A stretch of 64,000 bases of DNA from a virus (Duplodnaviria; Caudoviricetes), in the IMG/VR virus record IMGVR_UViG_3300022893_000001, positions 8,925-72,924 of that record. One strand, written 5' to 3'. The position numbers were made by a program, and so were the translations under genes. This document shows, piece by piece, positions 19,801 to 26,522 of the stretch (position 1 is the first letter of the stretch; each line of letters opens with the position of its first letter). The notes under the pieces are model-generated. The model was not told the DNA's origin. It did not search any database and saw only the letters and a program-made list of their open reading frames with translations.

Positions 19801-22800
19801 GCATGTAACCGCCGAGGGGCTCACCAAGCCCGAAGCGCGCGAGACGGTCGCCTGGCTTGAGAAGGCCGATCTGCCTGGCTCGGTCGAAGCGGCCAAGGTT
19901 CTCGAAGCGGCTGTAGCGGATGCGCCGGCCAAGGAACCCGTCAAGTTTGAGACGACCGAGGCTCCTGCCGAGACGAAGGAGCCCGCTGCCGAGACGGGGA
20001 AACGGGGCGAGCAGACCCGCATCGAGATGGAGGAGCAGCCCGACAACGAGGCGATCCTCCAGGGCGAGCGCCTCACCGCGGCGTTTGCCGGGGAGCTCTC
20101 GCCGGAAGAGAAGCGCCGGAAGCTGAAGCGGGCCGAGGTCGAACAGACCGGGCTCTTCGAGACGAGCGAGGAGAGGGTAGAGCGTCCTGGGCTGCTGTTC
20201 CGCCGGGACGACCGGAAGACCACCAGCGCCCGGGCCATCAAATACCTGGCAGACCTGGCGAGCGGCAAGGTCAAACCCAACTGGTCCCATGCCTACGAGG
20301 CGGTGACCCGGCTCATCACCTCGGCCAAGTCCAAGGAATACAACTCGCCCGATCTGCTCGTCACCGGCCAGGGCTTCGAGAAGAAAGCAGACGGCACCTG
20401 GAAGAACCCGGAAGCCATCAAGCGGGCCGTCAACCTGATCAAGAACTATGCGAACTTCGACGGCAAGAAGTACGCGAACGACGAGGCGCGCATCGAGGCT
20501 TTCGTAGAGCACGTCAAAGAGAACCTGATCTGGCTGTACAAGAAGTACGAGGCGCAGCACGGCGATCTGATCAAGCGGGCCAAGCAGTGGTACGACGGAG
20601 GCCGGAAGCTCGCCGAACGCTACGCCAAGGTGGCCGGCGTCGAACCGCACCAGATGAGCGCGGTGATCGCGGTCCTCTCGCCGAAGAAGGATTGGTTTCA
20701 GAACATAGACCTGGCGCGGCGCATCGCCGATTTCTGGGCGATCCGCCACAAAGTGAAGTGGAACGCCCCGGCGATGGAAAAGGGCTACGCCAAGATGCTC
20801 AAGTCCAAAGCCGAGATGGACGAGGACACTCGGAAGAAGACGGAGAAGCGGAACAAGGTCAGGCGGGCCAGGCTCAACGCCAAGAATTCCAGAGGGAGGA
20901 AGAAGGCTAGGGAAACGGGCGTGGCCTTCGAGGCGGCGGTCTTCGAAGCCGAGGTTTTCACCCCGAGCCGCGACCTGCAGAAAGCGTACGCGCGCATCCG
21001 AGGGAAGGCGTTCGCCGAGATCAAGCGGCCCTATGACCGCGCGGTCTGGATGCGAATGTGGGACGAGGGCCACCACAGCCGGAACTACAACGTCCTGACG
21101 CCCGAGGGCGAGTCGCAGGGCGTCGCAACCTCGACCGCCGAGAAGACCAAGGGCAAACCCCTGACGTCGGTCTGGCAGAGTTACGACGCCGTCACCAAGG
21201 CGCTCTCGATCCTCGATGACGGCTCGATGAAGAACATCAGCGCCAAGCTGGGCAAGCAGCACAAGGTGCGGTCCTTCTACAACAACATCGTCGATCCGGA
21301 CTCGCCGAACCTCCACGTCACCATCGACACCCACGCGGTGGCGGCGGGCTTCCTGCGGCCGCTCGGCCAGTGGGACAAGGAGGTCAAGGACAATCTCAAC
21401 GCGCCCTCCAAGGTGAGCGGCGAATCGCCCACCTACGGTCTGGTGGCGCGGGCCTACCGGGAAGCGGCGGCGGAGATGGGACTCCTGCCGCGCGAATTCC
21501 AGTCCATCACCTGGGAAGCGGTGCGCGGGCTGTTCTCGCCGTCGTTCAAAAAGGGTAATAAAACTGTCATAAAGAACATCTGGATCGATGTTGCGCAAGG
21601 TAAAATTACAGCAGCAGCAGCGAGAGAGAAGATCTATGGCCTTGCAGGAAAAATCGATAGACCGGCATGGGCTGGAGCAATACCGGGACGAGTTTCCGAT
21701 ACTCGAACAGATGTTGGACGACAAGCTGCCGCTGACACGAAGGCAGTACCTGGGCATGGCGCACCCCGGAGCGGATCCGAACGTGCCGCTGGACATGGAA
21801 CTGGAGGCGGAACTGCCGCCGCCGTTCGTGCACCCGAGTCTAAAAGAGGAACTGAACCCCGACGAGGAGTAGGGACCGTCCAGCGGGCCCTCGGCTTTGG
21901 TCCCGGCGGCGTCTGGGGCACTCCCAACGACTGGGTCGAACGCTCGGCCTTCAAATTCGCCACCAAACCCAGTCAGACCGGCTCGGTCTATGCGAACCGA
22001 TCCGCGATGAATCTCATCGGGTATGTCATCAGGGACACCAAGACCACCGGGGCTTCTTTCGGTTCTCAGACAATCCAGATTCTCCTCGACGCCCTCGACG
22101 GCAAGCCCGTCCCCGCTGCCAAGTGGGAGAAGCTCAACCTCAACGACCTGTCTGCCAATGCGCACAAGGAACTGGCGAAGTTCCGCGCACAGATCGTCAA
22201 CTGGAAGAACACGATCCAGGCCGCTGATCCCCAGGCTTCGCTGAACTTCGTGCTGGCGTCTCCAGCCGAGACGATGGAGTACGTCAAGGAGACGGCGAGC
22301 GAAGAGTACATACACGGGGCCCAGCGCCACTCCCCGGTTGGTATGCCGGCCCTCGTGGGGATGATGAAGACCGCGCCCTTCCAGAGCGGCTGGAAGCGTC
22401 TGATCCAGATTGGCTACGACGTCTCGATTGACCCGGCTGACAGCATACAGGACATCCATAGGAAAGCCATCGAGGCTTTCAACGAAGTCACCGCCAAGGT
22501 GCTCAGTGGGCAGGAGCTCGGTCTGTCGCTGGCCGAGCGCATCGAGATCGCCAAAGCCTACCGGAAGGCGCTCATCAACTTCCACGGCAGCGACACCGTC
22601 CTCCTCCGGTTCAAGTACGTCAAAGCGGGGGCGGTGAGGGACGCCTTCTTTGATAAGCAGCCTGCGGCGACCGCCGCGCCCGTGCCCGCTGCCGCTACGA
22701 CGCCGCCGTCGAACTTCCTCAGTTGGGTGCGCCAGGCGGCGGGGATTGCGCCCCGAATTGAGGAGCGCCAGGCACCGGCCCGGCGGATCGAGGAACGTGA

Positions 22801-25800
22801 ACAGACCGAGACGGCCCCGGATGTAATGAAGGCTCGCCGGCCCCCGCAGCAGCCGCAGCAGCCCGCTACCCAGGCGGTCACCACCACCACGCAGCCGCCG
22901 GCTACCGGAGCCGCCGCGCCCGCGATGTCCCGCTCGGCGCGCTTCGACCAACTCAACGAGACGGTAGACCAGACCGGCAAGGAGCGGGACAAGACCCGGT
23001 ACGAGAAGTTCAAGGAGTCGCTGACGACCTTCGGCCACTCGATGACGCGCCAGTTCGTCGACATCCCGGCCGGCGCGACCTACGCCAGTTTCAAGCAGAA
23101 GCTGAACTTCGTATCGAAGGCGCAGGGCACCGCCATCCACAAAGCCGCCCAGGCCATCATCGACCAACTCGAGAAGCTCTCCCCGGCGCAGTACGACGCT
23201 TTCGTTCGCGTCATCTTCTACGACGATCTCTCCGCGCGCGTCAAACAGCAGATCGCGGAGGGTACGCCTGTCCTCGACAAGGACATTGGCTGGGGCATCA
23301 AGGACTCACACGAGCTCTACGCCATGCGGGCCGAGGCGCGCGACCGGGTCCGGAACGATCCACAGATCGTCGAAGCCCTCCGCCAGCGCAAGGCCATGTG
23401 GGCGAAGATCAAGCCCGAGTACATCGCCGCCATGAAGAAGGCGGGCGTCGATATCGAGAAAGCCCTCTCGCGCAAAGACTACTTCCGCCATCGTGTGATC
23501 GAGCATCTCCAAGCCCAGGAGTTACCTGGGAACGAGGGGACCGGAGCCGGCCAGCGGTTCAAGCTGCCCACCGGCCGATCCTGGCTCAAGAAGGCGCACG
23601 TCAACGCCAAGGCGTACTCCATCGACTACATTCGCGCCGAGTTCGAAGTACTCAGCGAGATGATGTACGACACCGAGAGGGCCGGATTCATCGGCTGGTT
23701 GAAGCACGACAGCGGCCACAACATCGCCCCGCGGCTAATGCGCCAGGCGGCGGCGCATAACAAGAAAGTCATCATGCCGACCTTCGTCAAGATGGCGAAG
23801 TATTACAACAAGAAGAATCCCCGCGCGACCCCGGTGACCGCCGAGATGATGTACCAGCGCGTCATGAAGTCGCGCCCGAATGACCCAGGTTGGCGCACGC
23901 GCGTCACCAAGCGGATGGCCGGCGCGGATTACATCGGGAGCCTGGAGAAGGCATACAATACGTTCGCTCTCAAGACCCACCAGATCTATACGGCGGATAA
24001 GCGGGACCACTTCTTCTTTAAGCCCACGATCTCAGACGCGCTCGCCAATGCCATCGAGGCGGCGGGCATGGGTACGGTCCTCGCCAATCAGATCCAGAAG
24101 CTCAAGGTCAAGGGCAAGCGCCGGGGGCAGATGGTCCTGCCGCGTGAAGTCATCGAAACGATGAAAGAGTTCATGCAGCCCCCGTCCGACAAGACGAGTA
24201 AGTGGACCGAGAAGCTCTGGACGAAGCCTATGGGCTGGTGGAAGCAGTCTAAGCTGATCCATCCCGTCTCGGTGGTCAAGTACAACCTCAGGAACCTGTC
24301 GGGCGATCTGGAGCGCGTGGTGATCGCCAACCCGAAAGCACTCAAGATGGTTGGGCGGTCCACAATGGAGATCCGCCAGTTCCTCAAGACCGGCAAGCCG
24401 CCGTCGAAGGAGTTCGAGGCATGGTGGCGGCGCGGCGGCATGGACGCAAACCTCCAGGTAGCCGAGATCGGGGACGTCAACAAACTCAGAAAGCTCAAGC
24501 ACCTCAGAGAGGACTTCCGCTCGACCAGCACGGCGGATAAGGGAATAGACTACGCCGTCGATAAGTGGGAGCGCGTCTGGGGCAAAACGCGACAGTTGAC
24601 CGATTTCCGCGAAGGGATTTTGCGCTACGCCACGTTCCTCGAATATCAACGCCAGATCGCCGCGAATGCCGGCGGGCGTCCGGATAACTTTGGAGCCTCG
24701 CTCCGCGACGAAGTCATGGCGATCCGGAACCATGATGACCGGGCCTACAAACTATCGAATGATCTGATGCTCGCCTACGACGAGGTGTCTGCGCTCGGCC
24801 AGAGACTCCGCCGGAACTGGGTTCCCTTCTGGAGCTTCCAAGAAAAGAACGCCCAGGCATACAAGCGGCTCGTGGGCAACGCCGTCGCGGATGGCAGAAC
24901 CTCGGCGGCGATAGGCTACGCCGCACTCGGAGGCGCTGCCGTGGCGGCGCGCGTGGGTGTCTATACAGCCGCCAAGGTGGGCAAGACGCTCACACTGGCG
25001 CTGGCGCTCAAGACCCTGAGCGAACTGTGGAACAACTACGTCTTCGACGATGAGGAAGACGACCTCCCGGAGAACGTCAGGAAGAGTTCGCATATCATCC
25101 TGGGCCGGGACGCAAATGGCAAAGTGCTGGCCTTCACGCGCGTGGGCACCTCGGACGATCTGCTCGAATGGGGCGGGCTCGAAGCCGCGCCGTACTACGT
25201 GCGCGAGTACCTCAACGGCCGGATGAGCTACGAGGATCTGGCTAAGGAGATCGCCTTCCGACCCTTCGGCGTCCCGATTCCGCTCAAGCCGGCGTTCAAC
25301 AAGATCGCCCAGTCGATCACGCCGTTCATCAAGACGACCGCTGAACTGGCGAGCGGGCGCGCCTGGTTCCCGAACTTCTTTGAACAGCGCGAGATTCGCA
25401 GCCGGGGCGAGTACATCGCCCGCGAGCTCGGTGTGACCGCCCTCTACAAAGCCGCGTGGAGTAAGCCGCAGCCCAAGGTCTTCTCGGTCGACAAGCTGCT
25501 CGACCTCTTCGTATATCGGTACGATCCCGGCGAAACACACTACAACGCTTTCAAATACGATAAGGTCGCAAAATGGGGGGCCGAACATGGCGAAGATCCC
25601 GGCGGCGGGCTCTCGCAGAAGAAAGCGGCCCAGGCGCTCTATGACATCCGCATGGCTATCCGGTATGACGACGAGCGGGCCCAGGCGGCGGCGCTCATCG
25701 CCTACAAAGAAGTCGGCGGCACCAGGGCGAATCTCAAAGAATCGATTGATCGCCTGCACCCGCTCGGGAGCCTCAAGAAATCCCTGCGCGACGAGTACAA

Positions 25801-25942
25801 GAAGTCTCTGAGCCCCGCCGAAGCGATCCAACTGCAGAAGGCGGAACTATTCTGGGTTGAGAACTTCCAGTCCAAGTGGAAGGCGCTCGACCGGGCCGCT
25901 GCGGCCGCGAAGCTGCCCGATAAGAAAGTGAGGAAGAAGTAA
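13820..25942 (+). CDS. Giant (4040 aa) polyvalent internal virion/ejection protein: FtsK-gamma-like wHTH, ParB-like domain, two zincin-like repeats, HipA-like kinase, HhH-glycosylase-like domain, LPD38-like C-terminus
   Basis: N-terminal FDxxGARxEGYxDxEI tandem repeat; YVVNGHHRL; GGSQ..VVKF..NE..NWD..IDHG; KVRSFYNNI..VTIDTHA; PFWSF..LWN C-terminal region. Confidence 0.85.
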   Translation: MAAPSLAAPKGFDLDGARREGYNDTEIADYLAGSRGFDIAGARKEGYSDQEIIGHLNKPKAMASTVPGAERTGTPGLQKTAAIPPELGGPPTPRQEPQQPTPMAPPDYSAGDLYQSNQPTDLGFEPTVDPFSTGPARAPRPQMTQQAAGDEMTRVARGDVGASPYPKPGRLPILGGRVAPKPFYQLEKPGVAGIPGTERTGLPGVQSVAQPRVEYDPLGARPDAQYLAKLHAGIPVESDEIPSAQSMPGAAGLISKVGSRSALGVVKSLGTSGRLLGDTPGQRGMIGLKQAGTAIEDVTQLMLDQIPPPTLEESHLIGSKNFVEDPNQLRNPYYMANLGANAGGSMVAFMLPEIALFRGAALAATGARAGVLSSIAETMANSAEVYQQAKDAGMSEIEAADLFRKNIPLDFPITYGMNRLGIFNDKLKSRTARAVLSPVTEAAQEVGQAVPQNYLLKQPLFKGWEENALGSAFGGPVGAMMSPVDTLMGAPPTPHHDTTQYQPGPQGPQTSRYPLLSQAGTAAPVVPPSAPHHELPPDPYEGPLDAYGGGAAREAPAVPTVSPFPRVQTPPPGVDLGHVRPLDKEGEKPPEQTAPPEQKQPPPPPPNVDAVYEDAKTFAADLPELGVGAIRRQFGVTKDDARVILDRMVADGLFAQKELKGGGTSFVNLAWQRGQAGKGMVTKGKGVEEAVSEFLPPDEEEEAPPPGQQAPPPGQPPPSSLEDQRKEGEEQRQQEPPALGQAPPPATAAPPQIDAGKVTSIEERPERPPEPRLAEDVFEMDPNTIEADPVRFQFKRDTGGKAGVGDELKDPDVPWNRRMAGTITVWKDPADGKTYVVNGHHRLEKAQRMGVPSIKVQYSTAKTAQEARAEGALDNIAEGRGTAIDAAKFLRDTGITPEEAKGRGVHLKGEKARQGTALAKLPDRLFEQILSGDLNVERATIIGEGLTNPDDMLAVAEAGSKMNDAQLRELIRRQSGRARTEETQVSLFGEDVISKSLIREEATLSEAIRKQLSNEKRLFATVGTKGAATTLEQGGNVIATDKNRAIADAAAQALEIYDRLSLQTGPVADALAAGAKEMAGGANFATVRENTYAAVRNAVQEAIGGGKESRAGQPQAQDRGRDAGTGERAPAGPAKAAPAKVEEIGKVTSVEQGETFTARMQAAETADEGRKILGEAEKAIGSLQQDIGVTPTVGQVEPNYFVGLHVLNDKTIKKAVKEAQAKDPAKAAQLEAMMRDAFHAREKEWPRLQGIEDQREADRYEEFKAQRGPKLPKELTKAAPRYGAFELQFESDVDKAAYITAQAKPSKRDADYLKFVMDATGKSEAEVRKAGAAIRASLKTIAKGADPADGPLEVPLHVQVKPGEDLGRVSSVEAKPKQTGPMSPLGKMGPAKPKAAVYHGDVSDREITEENLKNDVETGVWRFATARGRTGKGRTGTVYTNQAGMRVLQNVFEMERLEGVSMDDVNVAKLLTALDKNLSLRDLSPEGRAALREFKKNLNEYRQQHGPGASISFVVAERGHGMGIRKTIREELIHGIQRIFGINSVDTVENMLLMPAFDKAWTWLEENGYPDIGAMDALDEITAKVLAGEDVGLTLEEQLTVAKAYRKALIEAHGNDVVTLFRYVKAGEVKETFRGTETRKEDGGRAAPVQQESGFELQRGAVSGRGGTVSRGGRGEGVRERLTLSVEPVGRITRFLRRLHGGSQAQLVQASNGKYYVVKFADNPQDARVPVNELIAGRLFHALGFKTPLPVVLEYGGDQDLSYVWHGGKELKIKAGPAIATEFVVDPERGGKVYDELRDSDFSKVTNVSDLVNALVVDKWLANWDSRQAVFHADSSGEGYVVTLIDHGFVFNGDSWQFKTNAWSGVYHQQNVYDGVRSMDDFAPTIEKIRKLDPDYIRSMFEAVPEEYKEFADDEDRGHLADEVIKRRAKLEDFILELTNVKFGQFTFNNWEGHKARRPGQGLLFSRKKNTIQGEQSQLGLFDLAATAATGQVQHVTAEGLTKPEARETVAWLEKADLPGSVEAAKVLEAAVADAPAKEPVKFETTEAPAETKEPAAETGKRGEQTRIEMEEQPDNEAILQGERLTAAFAGELSPEEKRRKLKRAEVEQTGLFETSEERVERPGLLFRRDDRKTTSARAIKYLADLASGKVKPNWSHAYEAVTRLITSAKSKEYNSPDLLVTGQGFEKKADGTWKNPEAIKRAVNLIKNYANFDGKKYANDEARIEAFVEHVKENLIWLYKKYEAQHGDLIKRAKQWYDGGRKLAERYAKVAGVEPHQMSAVIAVLSPKKDWFQNIDLARRIADFWAIRHKVKWNAPAMEKGYAKMLKSKAEMDEDTRKKTEKRNKVRRARLNAKNSRGRKKARETGVAFEAAVFEAEVFTPSRDLQKAYARIRGKAFAEIKRPYDRAVWMRMWDEGHHSRNYNVLTPEGESQGVATSTAEKTKGKPLTSVWQSYDAVTKALSILDDGSMKNISAKLGKQHKVRSFYNNIVDPDSPNLHVTIDTHAVAAGFLRPLGQWDKEVKDNLNAPSKVSGESPTYGLVARAYREAAAEMGLLPREFQSITWEAVRGLFSPSFKKGNKTVIKNIWIDVAQGKITAAAAREKIYGLAGKIDRPAWAGAIPGRVSDTRTDVGRQAAADTKAVPGHGAPRSGSERAAGHGTGGGTAAAVRAPESKRGTEPRRGVGTVQRALGFGPGGVWGTPNDWVERSAFKFATKPSQTGSVYANRSAMNLIGYVIRDTKTTGASFGSQTIQILLDALDGKPVPAAKWEKLNLNDLSANAHKELAKFRAQIVNWKNTIQAADPQASLNFVLASPAETMEYVKETASEEYIHGAQRHSPVGMPALVGMMKTAPFQSGWKRLIQIGYDVSIDPADSIQDIHRKAIEAFNEVTAKVLSGQELGLSLAERIEIAKAYRKALINFHGSDTVLLRFKYVKAGAVRDAFFDKQPAATAAPVPAAATTPPSNFLSWVRQAAGIAPRIEERQAPARRIEEREQTETAPDVMKARRPPQQPQQPATQAVTTTTQPPATGAAAPAMSRSARFDQLNETVDQTGKERDKTRYEKFKESLTTFGHSMTRQFVDIPAGATYASFKQKLNFVSKAQGTAIHKAAQAIIDQLEKLSPAQYDAFVRVIFYDDLSARVKQQIAEGTPVLDKDIGWGIKDSHELYAMRAEARDRVRNDPQIVEALRQRKAMWAKIKPEYIAAMKKAGVDIEKALSRKDYFRHRVIEHLQAQELPGNEGTGAGQRFKLPTGRSWLKKAHVNAKAYSIDYIRAEFEVLSEMMYDTERAGFIGWLKHDSGHNIAPRLMRQAAAHNKKVIMPTFVKMAKYYNKKNPRATPVTAEMMYQRVMKSRPNDPGWRTRVTKRMAGADYIGSLEKAYNTFALKTHQIYTADKRDHFFFKPTISDALANAIEAAGMGTVLANQIQKLKVKGKRRGQMVLPREVIETMKEFMQPPSDKTSKWTEKLWTKPMGWWKQSKLIHPVSVVKYNLRNLSGDLERVVIANPKALKMVGRSTMEIRQFLKTGKPPSKEFEAWWRRGGMDANLQVAEIGDVNKLRKLKHLREDFRSTSTADKGIDYAVDKWERVWGKTRQLTDFREGILRYATFLEYQRQIAANAGGRPDNFGASLRDEVMAIRNHDDRAYKLSNDLMLAYDEVSALGQRLRRNWVPFWSFQEKNAQAYKRLVGNAVADGRTSAAIGYAALGGAAVAARVGVYTAAKVGKTLTLALALKTLSELWNNYVFDDEEDDLPENVRKSSHIILGRDANGKVLAFTRVGTSDDLLEWGGLEAAPYYVREYLNGRMSYEDLAKEIAFRPFGVPIPLKPAFNKIAQSITPFIKTTAELASGRAWFPNFFEQREIRSRGEYIARELGVTALYKAAWSKPQPKVFSVDKLLDLFVYRYDPGETHYNAFKYDKVAKWGAEHGEDPGGGLSQKKAAQALYDIRMAIRYDDERAQAAALIAYKEVGGTRANLKESIDRLHPLGSLKKSLRDEYKKSLSPAEAIQLQKAELFWVENFQSKWKALDRAAAAAKLPDKKVRKK
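17094..17243 (+). CDS. Nested +1-frame ORF 1 (49 aa, MPQSETPYRKLSAEEKNRVLDSLRRKIEAG...)
   Basis: AGGGAG SD at 17081-17086, ATG 17094, TAG 17241-17243; amphipathic helix; main frame here is R/G/A/P filler. Confidence 0.6.
   Translation: MPQSETPYRKLSAEEKNRVLDSLRRKIEAGTLVPENEHPPAQQKQPPQK
18720..18941 (+). CDS. Nested +1-frame ORF 2 (73 aa) overlapping the start of the kinase domain
   Basis: AAGGAG SD at 18707-18712, GTG 18720; helical core FNEAQLAAEAARLAGEDEEKAFENALRSRW; main frame is Gly/Arg filler. Confidence 0.6.
   Translation: MAQRREKKMVDAPPQFSKKAVSNFNEAQLAAEAARLAGEDEEKAFENALRSRWSQSGESPDSSEDSTAGRKPS
21636..21872 (+). CDS. Nested +1-frame ORF 3 (78 aa, acidic, ...LPLTRRQYLGMAHP...ELEAELPPPF...)
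   Basis: ATG 21636 after purine-rich GAGAGAAG; genome-typical G/C-ending codons in this frame, many A/T-ending codons and filler residues in main frame. Confidence 0.7.
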   Translation: MALQEKSIDRHGLEQYRDEFPILEQMLDDKLPLTRRQYLGMAHPGADPNVPLDMELEAELPPPFVHPSLKEELNPDEE

Positions 25943-26173
25943 ATGCTGCTAGGTCCATACAAACGGGCGACGGTGATCACGCCGCACGATACCAATCCGA
26001 TCAACGTGCCCTGCGAGGCTCTGATCGCAGACACCGGGGGCACTGTGAATGTGGTCGACTGGGCGGGCGTAACATTGACGCTCACGCTGGCAACGGGCGT
26101 GCCGCTGGAGTTCACGCCGCGCATCGTAAAAACCGGCGGTGCAGCCGCTGGCCTCAAGGCACTTTGCAGGTAA
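25943..26173 (+). CDS. Spike-base protein, RcGTA Rcc01079-like
   Basis: 76 aa; ITPHDT...L...GG.V.V...G..LP....RIVKTG..A.L.AL pattern. Confidence 0.55.
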   Translation: MLLGPYKRATVITPHDTNPINVPCEALIADTGGTVNVVDWAGVTLTLTLATGVPLEFTPRIVKTGGAAAGLKALCR

Positions 26174-26182
26174 GATAAGCCA

Positions 26183-26521
26183 ATGCTGACCGAGGACTTG
26201 GAAATCTACCAGGGCGACGACTATGTCGTGACGGTGACCGTCAAGAAGGCGGATGGCACTGCCGCCGATCTGACCGGGCACACCGCGAAGGCGCAGATCC
26301 GGCGCACGCCCGCGGATTCCGGCCCGGTGATGGCCGAGTTTGGAACCCAAGTCCAGTTGCCCAACCTCGTTATTCTTACCCTGACCGCCATCCAGACGCT
26401 TCCGCTCGCCGGCACCTACTTCTGGGACGTCCAGATCAAGTCTTCCGCTGGCGCGGTGACGACACTCGCCCGTGGCCGAGTCCTCTCCCCGCAGGAAATC
26501 ACGCGCGAAGTAGGGGCTTGA
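26183..26521 (+). CDS. BppU N-terminal-like / fibre-anchoring beta-sandwich protein
   Basis: IYQGDD..DLTG.TAKAQIR..YFWDVQI..T.ARG.V pattern. Confidence 0.6.
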   Translation: MLTEDLEIYQGDDYVVTVTVKKADGTAADLTGHTAKAQIRRTPADSGPVMAEFGTQVQLPNLVILTLTAIQTLPLAGTYFWDVQIKSSAGAVTTLARGRVLSPQEITREVGA

Positions 26522-26522
26522 C

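Noticed and set aside
22620-22830. Possible fourth nested ORF after zincin repeat 2
   Set aside because: +1 frame has a stop at about 22635, no SD or start, and a non-protein-like reading
18938-23167. 1409-aa minus-strand ORF (also 633 aa at 17030-18931 and others antisense to the giant gene)
   Set aside because: Antisense shadows of a high-GC3 gene; V/L/R/G-rich, no motifs, no SD
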